Below, piece by piece: positions 1-4,233 of a stretch of DNA of 9,727 bases; position 1 is the stretch's first letter; each line of letters opens with the position of its first letter. Under the pieces are notes generated by a model. That model did not search any database and was not told where the DNA came from. It saw only the letters and a list, made by a program, of their open reading frames with translations. Position numbers and translations under genes: made by a program. The stretch is from PVC group bacterium (GTDB lineage Bacteria; GCA-001730085; JADFSZ01), in NCBI GenBank assembly GCA_022560555.1, contig JADFSZ010000052.1:1-9727 (forward strand), written 5' to 3'.

Positions 1-51
1 GAGCTTGCAAGGTTCCAGGATCGGGGCGAAGGGCTGACCCTATTCTACTAA
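1..51 (+). other. GC-rich left-edge segment of unresolved identity (end of an off-window + strand CDS, or group II intron DV/DVI-like 3' terminus)
   Basis: Frame 1 is open from the window edge and reads ELARFQDRGEGLTLFY, then TAA at 49-51. Composition switches from GC-rich (1-45) to AT-rich just after. Alternatively, GCAAGGTTC (7-15), a CA linker, an imperfect ~30-nt hairpin (17-46) and A42 seven nt before ...CTAC (48) mimic a group II intron domain V 3' strand, domain VI and 3' splice site. There is too little sequence to decide. Confidence 0.25.
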
Positions 52-173
52 TTCCTATTAACCAGAAGAGGAAACAATTTCAACTTTTTGGCTTTTTGGA
101 CTACGTCCCCTAAAACAATTATAGTCATACAATGTTCACAGTAGAAATGGATTTTAGCTCTAATATTTTATAT

Positions 174-557
174 TCAGAAGAAGATTAATCTCACAATGAG
201 ATACCCCATCCCTGCACTTATCCCACCGAGTAAAATCCCTTTCAATATCTCTTTTTTATCTCGTTTAAGATAAAACAATGAAATAATTAAACTAATATAA
301 ACAAGAAACGCAAAAATGGCGAAGAGAAGACGACTATAATAAAGAGATGTAAATCCAAGTAATATAAATCCTATCCCTGCTCGCAAATCTCCTCTAAAAA
401 TAGTCTTTAAAATAAAAAATATAATGGAACTTATAATAAACTGCATCGGATAATAGACCGTTATTACAGAAATCCTTGCAATAGTGATAACCAGGAATGG
501 AATACTACCAAATGCTATCAAATCTCTTGCACATTCACTAAGCCATTGCTTTTTCAT
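174..557 (-). CDS. hypothetical small multi-pass membrane protein (127 aa, about 4-5 predicted TM helices)
   Basis: Intact ORF with an ATG start (MKKQW...). It is strongly hydrophobic with 4-5 helix-length segments separated by short charged loops (RGDLR, KRDKKE). I recognise no family motif: CrcB, SMR, LrgA and VanZ signatures are absent. The upstream SD is weak (gagactggtaatATG). Confidence 0.6.
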   Translation of the reverse strand: MKKQWLSECARDLIAFGSIPFLVITIARISVITVYYPMQFIISSIIFFILKTIFRGDLRAGIGFILLGFTSLYYSRLLFAIFAFLVYISLIISLFYLKRDKKEILKGILLGGISAGMGYLIVRLIFF

Positions 558-662
558 ATTACCAGTCTCTGTTAAAAAAACACTTCTAAAAAATTATTTG
601 TTTTGTAAGCAAAATTTTTGTTTAACCTACGTATTATTAATGCTTTGCGTTTGTTTATTTTG

Positions 663-691
663 TTGAAATTAACCCAAGCTCCTGTTAAAAT
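663..691 (+). promoter_or_regulatory. candidate sigma70-type promoter spanning the flank/IS junction (TTGAAA - 17 nt - TGtTAAAAT)
   Basis: -35 TTGAAA at 663-668, a 17-nt spacer, then an extended -10 TGT+TAAAAT at 683-691 inside the left inverted repeat. The predicted start near 698 is about 40 nt upstream of the transposase ATG (737). Sequence match only. Confidence 0.3.
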
Positions 692-2040
692 TGGTGTTGC
701 AAAGGCACTCAAATTCTAACAAAGGAGCTAAGGTCAATGGGTATCTTCCAAGCCAATATCAAAATCCTCAACACCTTCCTTAATCACTTCAAAGCCGTCT
801 TCTCTCAAAAACAATTCGCCGTCTTAACTCTTTTGTTCTATTCCCTCTTCAAAGATTATAAACGCTGTTCCATCCAGTCTCTCGCTCATCAAGCGAACAC
901 CGACTACCAACAATTTCAGTACTTCATCTCTGAAGCCAAATGGTCTGTCGATGATCTCTCCGCCGCTCGCCTTAAACTTCTTCAAGCCCAAAAATCAACA
1001 GCCTCCTCTCAAAACGGCATCCTCATTATTGATGATTGCGGCAACCCTAAACCTTTTTCCAAACACACCGAAGGGGCCCAATATCAACACTGTGGCTGTC
1101 TCGGCCGTCAAGAAATCTGTAACGTCTTTGTTGCCTCCTGCTTTGCTTCCAAAAATAAATACTTCCCTGTAAACCTTAAATTCTATAAACCTGCTTCAGA
1201 GTTCCGTTGGGGAAAAGAGGATCCTGACTTTAAATCCAAAATCCAACTCGCCCACAACCTCATCCTTGAAGCCCAAAACACCCACATCTCTTTCGACACG
1301 ATCCTCTTGGACTCTTGGTATGCTGCGAAAGAACTCCTGAATCTTACGGACTCTCTTAACAAAACTTTTATCACGGAACTTAAAGATACTCGCAAACTCT
1401 TCTTTTACCATCCCGGACTTAAAAAGCATCTTATGCTGCAGGTCGGCGAGATCGTTACACTCGTCAAAAAGTTCTACCCACACAAAGTCAAACCTGTTCA
1501 CCTTAAGAACCGTGATGGTGTATCTCTCCGCCACTGGACTTATTCCTTCAAGTCCACATTGAACGATTGCCCTATCCCTGTCAAAGTCGTCATCATGTTC
1601 GGCAAATGGAATAAAAAGGATAAGCCTTCCCACCATGTCTTTATTACCAATAACACCAGCATCTCTGCTTATTCCATCATTTCAACCTATATGCGCCGTT
1701 GGTGCATCGAGCAAGTCTTTCGTGAACTCAAAGACTCTTTCGCTCTGGATCAGTACCAAGTCCGTTCCAAAACTTCCATCGAGCGCTACTGGCATCTTTG
1801 CCTGCTTGCATGGACATGCTTGTACTGGATCAAACAGAATGCCTATCTTTCAAAGATCATTACGGACTCACAGTCCCTCAAAACCTTTAACGATTTTAAA
1901 CTCGCGATCGCTTCCTTGATCGACTATGCCTCTGTGACCGTGTTATCACGCTCGCAAAAGATGAGAAATCACTGCTTCCGCGTGAAATCTAAACGCTTTA
2001 TCAACTCCTGTGCCAAAGTCGCTTAGAATTTTTAACAAAG
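680..2040 (+). mobile_element. IS701-like (IS4-superfamily) insertion sequence, about 1.37 kb, boundaries approximate
   Basis: A single DDE transposase ORF fills the element. The ends are imperfect inverted repeats. Left end: CTCCTGTTAAAATTGGTGTTGCAAAGGCAC (680-709). Reverse complement of the right end (2008-2040): CTTTGTTAAAAATTCTAAGCGACTTTGGCACAGG. They share the core TGTTAAAA(A)TT and a subterminal GGCAC. The transposase stop (2024-2026) lies inside the right repeat. I could not identify a clean target-site duplication, so the ends are uncertain by about 5-10 bp. Confidence 0.7.
737..2026 (+). CDS. DDE transposase, IS701-family-like (429 aa)
   Basis: Candidate catalytic motifs are ILIIDDCGNPK (D), TILLDSWYAA (D) and YMRRWCIEQVFRELKD (the Y-x2-R-x3-E-x6-K block typical of IS4/IS701 transposases). 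The N-terminal DYQQFQYFISEAKWSVDDL resembles the conserved Q-x-F-(I/V)-S-x-S-x-W-D block of IS701-like enzymes. SD AAGGAG (722-727) sits 9 nt before the ATG. This is the only credible + strand gene in the window. Confidence 0.9.
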   Translation: MGIFQANIKILNTFLNHFKAVFSQKQFAVLTLLFYSLFKDYKRCSIQSLAHQANTDYQQFQYFISEAKWSVDDLSAARLKLLQAQKSTASSQNGILIIDDCGNPKPFSKHTEGAQYQHCGCLGRQEICNVFVASCFASKNKYFPVNLKFYKPASEFRWGKEDPDFKSKIQLAHNLILEAQNTHISFDTILLDSWYAAKELLNLTDSLNKTFITELKDTRKLFFYHPGLKKHLMLQVGEIVTLVKKFYPHKVKPVHLKNRDGVSLRHWTYSFKSTLNDCPIPVKVVIMFGKWNKKDKPSHHVFITNNTSISAYSIISTYMRRWCIEQVFRELKDSFALDQYQVRSKTSIERYWHLCLLAWTCLYWIKQNAYLSKIITDSQSLKTFNDFKLAIASLIDYASVTVLSRSQKMRNHCFRVKSKRFINSCAKVA

Positions 2041-2090
2041 TTCTGATGTCAAATTTAAACATATTGTGCTTTGTTTGTCATTTGTCATTT

Positions 2091-2106
2091 CTTCGCGTAA
2101 GCGAAG
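2091..2106. terminator. perfect 6-bp GC-rich hairpin with GNRA-type loop (CTTCGC-GTAA-GCGAAG) between the IS and rplU
   Basis: Stem CTTCGC (2091-2096) pairs with GCGAAG (2101-2106); the loop is GTAA. On the + strand it is followed by the T-rich tcctttctcatttc, which is terminator-like for transcripts leaving the IS. On the minus strand, downstream of rplU, it is followed by A-rich sequence, so it is a poor intrinsic terminator for rplU. Confidence 0.4.
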
Positions 2107-2120
2107 TCCTTTCTCATTTC

Positions 2121-2140
2121 AAAATTTGATATCAAATTTT
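2121..2140. repeat. perfect 20-bp palindrome AAAATTTGATATCAAATTTT overlapping the rplU stop codon
   Basis: AAAATTTGAT (2121-2130) is the exact reverse complement of ATCAAATTTT (2131-2140). The rplU stop (TGA, 2132-2134 on the minus strand) lies inside it. Confidence 0.9.
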
Positions 2141-2443
2141 TATCTTATCCACTCTTACCGCCGTAAATTGTTGGCGATGGCCTCTTTTCCGACGATAATT
2201 CTTACGTCTTTTATATTTATAAACAATGATCTTTTTGCTTTTGCCCTCTTCGATGACTGTGCATGAGACAACAGCATCTTTCAGTATGGGTTGACCCACA
2301 TGGGTAACTTTGCCGTCTGAGAACAGAAGAACATCCTTAAACTCCACTTTTTTCTTATCCGTCTTTTTGAGTTTTTCAATGCGAATGATGTCCCCTACAG
2401 TTGCCTTAACTTGCTTGCCGCCTGTTTTAATAATTGCGTACAT
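2132..2443 (-). CDS. rplU: 50S ribosomal protein bL21
   Basis: 103 aa. MYAIIKTGGKQVKATVGD...KYKRRKNYRRKRGHRQQFT is colinear with E. coli L21 (MYAVFQSGGKQHRV...FRRRKHYRKQQGHRQWFT). SD GAGGAAGGGG lies about 8-12 nt upstream of the ATG. The gene starts 22 nt after the RNase gene stop. Confidence 0.95.
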   Translation of the reverse strand: MYAIIKTGGKQVKATVGDIIRIEKLKKTDKKKVEFKDVLLFSDGKVTHVGQPILKDAVVSCTVIEEGKSKKIIVYKYKRRKNYRRKRGHRQQFTAVRVDKIKI

Positions 2444-2465
2444 AATGTTGCCCCTTCCTCAAATA

Positions 2466-3998
2466 TTATTTCTTTCCTTTTTCATGATACTGATAGGTAA
2501 CCTCATCCAGCCTAAGGTCCTTATTCCCTCTGATATCCACTTCCTTTTTAAATCGATGACATATTTGACTGATTTCCCGCTCAAAATTTTTCATAATAAA
2601 TCTTTTGCTCTCAGGGTTCAGAGCTAACTGCACTTTAAGTATTTTTCGATTACTAAAGGCTTTTCGAATACCGCGTATCACATCCAGGCCGAGGGACTGA
2701 CCCGACTTCACAGTTCCTTCTCCCGCGCAATAAGGACATCCCTGAAAAGCGACAGACGTCAGAGATTTACTCGCCCGTTGACGAGACATTTCGATAAGTC
2801 CCAGCTTGGAGATTTGGTAAATTTTTGTTTTAGCTTTGTCCCTTTTGAGACATCGATCCAAACGATCATAAACCAGAAGACGGTTTTTCCTCTTTTCCAT
2901 ATCAATAAAATCAATAATAATAATACCGCCTAGGTTTCTCAAACGCAGTTGCCGTGGAATTTCTTCCGCGGATTCAAGATTCGTCTCAAGCACGGTTTCC
3001 TCTAATTTATCACTAGCTCCTTTGTATCGGCCCGTATTGACATCGATGGAAAGAAGGGCTTCGGTTTGCTCGATCACAATGTAGCCTCCGGATTTTAACC
3101 AGACTTTTCGGCGGTAGAGCTTGTCGATTTCTTTCTCAATTTTAGCTTCCTCAAATAAAGAAACCCCCTTTTTATGATAGACAAGTTTTGTCTTAAGTTC
3201 TTTCCCGTAATTCGAGAGGAACTCCTTCACCATGCGATAGTGCTCACGGGACTCGACAAATATCTGTTTGACATCTTCGTTCAGCGTATCTCTAAGCACT
3301 CTTACCAGCAAATTACTCTCGCTATGCAGCAAGTACGGTGAAGGGCTTTTTTCAATCTCTTTATGGATCAACATCCAAACACGTTCCAGATACTTGAGGT
3401 CCCTTTCAAAGTCCTTGTTTGATTTTCCCTCACCTACGGTTCGGGCAATGAGCCCGCAATCATTTTTTGATTTTAGGTTTTTTACAATTTCCCTTAGTCG
3501 TTTTTTTTCATTTCGGTCCGTGATCTTTCGAGAAACACCTCGATGGCGGATATTCGGCATATAAACCATGTACCGCCCTGCAATACTAATGTAGCTTGTG
3601 AGTCGCGGTCCTTTGGTCCCGATCGGATCCTTCGTGACCTGAACAACGATTTCGTCCCCTTCTTTCAACAACGTTTTGATATTTTGATTTGACGAATGAT
3701 TCTTTCGTTTGGTACGACTATGCTCGAGGACATCATTCAGTTCTTCATCACTGATGTCCTGTCTTCCCTCTGATGGGATGACTTCATCCACATACAAAAA
3801 CCCGTTTTTTCCGATGCCAATATCTACAAAAGCGGCTTGAATTCCCGGGACGATCGACATGACCTTGCCCTTGTAAATATTCCCTGTGCAATGATTCACA
3901 TCCGGCCGTTCAACAAAAAGATCATCCAACTTTTGATTCACAAGGCGGGCAACTCGGATCTCATTTTCTCCGCCGTCAATATAAATGGCTTCACTCAT
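2466..3998 (-). CDS. rng: ribonuclease G / RNase E-G family endoribonuclease
   Basis: S1-domain motif GNIYKGKVMSIVPGIQAAFVDIG, catalytic-core blocks (GGIIIIDFIDM, LLSIDVNTG) and the Zn-link CPYCAGEG are typical of the Rne/Rng family. The ORF track starts at TTG 4013 (MGKGFMSE...). I prefer ATG 3998 (MSEAIYIDGG...) because AAAGGA lies just upstream and RNase G homologues begin near that point. The alternative start at 4013 is not excluded. Confidence 0.9.
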   Translation of the reverse strand: MSEAIYIDGGENEIRVARLVNQKLDDLFVERPDVNHCTGNIYKGKVMSIVPGIQAAFVDIGIGKNGFLYVDEVIPSEGRQDISDEELNDVLEHSRTKRKNHSSNQNIKTLLKEGDEIVVQVTKDPIGTKGPRLTSYISIAGRYMVYMPNIRHRGVSRKITDRNEKKRLREIVKNLKSKNDCGLIARTVGEGKSNKDFERDLKYLERVWMLIHKEIEKSPSPYLLHSESNLLVRVLRDTLNEDVKQIFVESREHYRMVKEFLSNYGKELKTKLVYHKKGVSLFEEAKIEKEIDKLYRRKVWLKSGGYIVIEQTEALLSIDVNTGRYKGASDKLEETVLETNLESAEEIPRQLRLRNLGGIIIIDFIDMEKRKNRLLVYDRLDRCLKRDKAKTKIYQISKLGLIEMSRQRASKSLTSVAFQGCPYCAGEGTVKSGQSLGLDVIRGIRKAFSNRKILKVQLALNPESKRFIMKNFEREISQICHRFKKEVDIRGNKDLRLDEVTYQYHEKGKK

Positions 3999-4095
3999 AA
4001 ATCCTTTACCCAAAAAGCTTTATATTAGTTTTATATATATAAGCGCGAAAAAGTGCGCCCAATAAGCACTAAAAATGGAACACTCTAGAGACACC

Positions 4096-4123
4096 AATAT
4101 AGCCATAAGTCGTTTATTGTCAA
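4096..4123 (-). promoter_or_regulatory. candidate sigma70-type promoter for the rng-rplU unit (TTGACA - 16 nt - TATATT, preceded by an A8 tract)
   Basis: The minus strand reads ctcAAAAAAAAcTTGACAataaacgacttatggcTATATTggtg. The -35 is at 4118-4123 and the -10 at 4096-4101, with an A-tract (4124-4131) in the UP-element position. This predicts a leader of about 75-90 nt. A weaker second candidate (TTGGGC - 17 nt - TATATA) lies nearer the start codon. Confidence 0.5.
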
Positions 4124-4197
4124 GTTTTTTTTGAGTGATAGAACCTAAGGGGTGGGAACCAACGATCAAGAAGAAAAGAGGATGCGAGAGAATCAAA

Positions 4198-4230
4198 CCG
4201 CCAAAAAGAAGAAATCACCGGCGGGAGGTG
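4198..4230 (-). terminator. weak terminator-like region just after the pilQ stop
   Basis: The minus-strand RNA can form CACC-UCCCGCC-GGUG (4230-4216) followed by AUUUCUUCUUUUU. Alternatively it can form CCGCC (4224-4220) with GGCGG (4202-4198) followed by UUUGAUUCU. Stems are only 4-5 bp, so confidence is low. Confidence 0.3.
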
Positions 4231-4233
4231 CTT

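Noticed and set aside
7-30. GGTTC-containing segment as a possible tRNA/tmRNA T-arm
   Set aside because: No 5-bp T-stem can be formed around GGTTCCAGGATC (CAAGG/ATCGG are not complementary). There is no acceptor stem or CCA-proximal pairing.
96-125. + strand promoter-like match TTGGAC - 18 nt - TATAGT
   Set aside because: It would drive transcription antisense into the 3' end of the 127-aa gene. The only downstream + ORF is an 18-codon frame (132-188) with no SD. The spacer is suboptimal, and in AT-rich intergenic DNA such matches are common.
569-577. Third copy of the IS repeat core (CTGTTAAAA) just upstream of the 127-aa gene, possibly a solo inverted repeat
   Set aside because: Only 8-9 nt match, and such an AT-rich octamer is expected by chance about once in a window of this size and composition. 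Similarity does not extend into the rest of the repeat.
951-1919. Alternative-frame (+) and antisense (-) ORFs of 70-146 aa inside the transposase gene
   Set aside because: The G-poor sense strand depletes stop codons in other frames. The translations are compositionally odd (Pro/Ser/Leu-rich or Asp/Glu/Phe-rich) and match no family I recognise. There is no independent start-signal evidence.
641-2091. T/G-rich direct similarity flanking the IS (TGCTTTGCGTTTGTTTATTTTGT at 641-663 versus TGCTTTGTTTGTCATTTGTCATT at 2067-2089) as a target-site duplication or wider element boundary
   Set aside because: It is too long and too far from the inverted repeats (about 15-27 bp away) to be a target-site duplication. 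It is low-complexity T/G-rich sequence, and neighbouring similar blocks occur in a different order on the two sides. Most likely the IS landed in a TTTGTYA-type repetitive intergenic tract.
4020-4106. 28-aa hydrophobic ORF (MAILVSLECSIFSAYWAHFFALIYIKLI) on the minus strand inside the rng leader region
   Set aside because: Its ATG (4104-4106) lies upstream of the predicted -10 and start site, so it would be absent from the main transcript. It has no SD, and its sequence reflects the U-rich leader composition.
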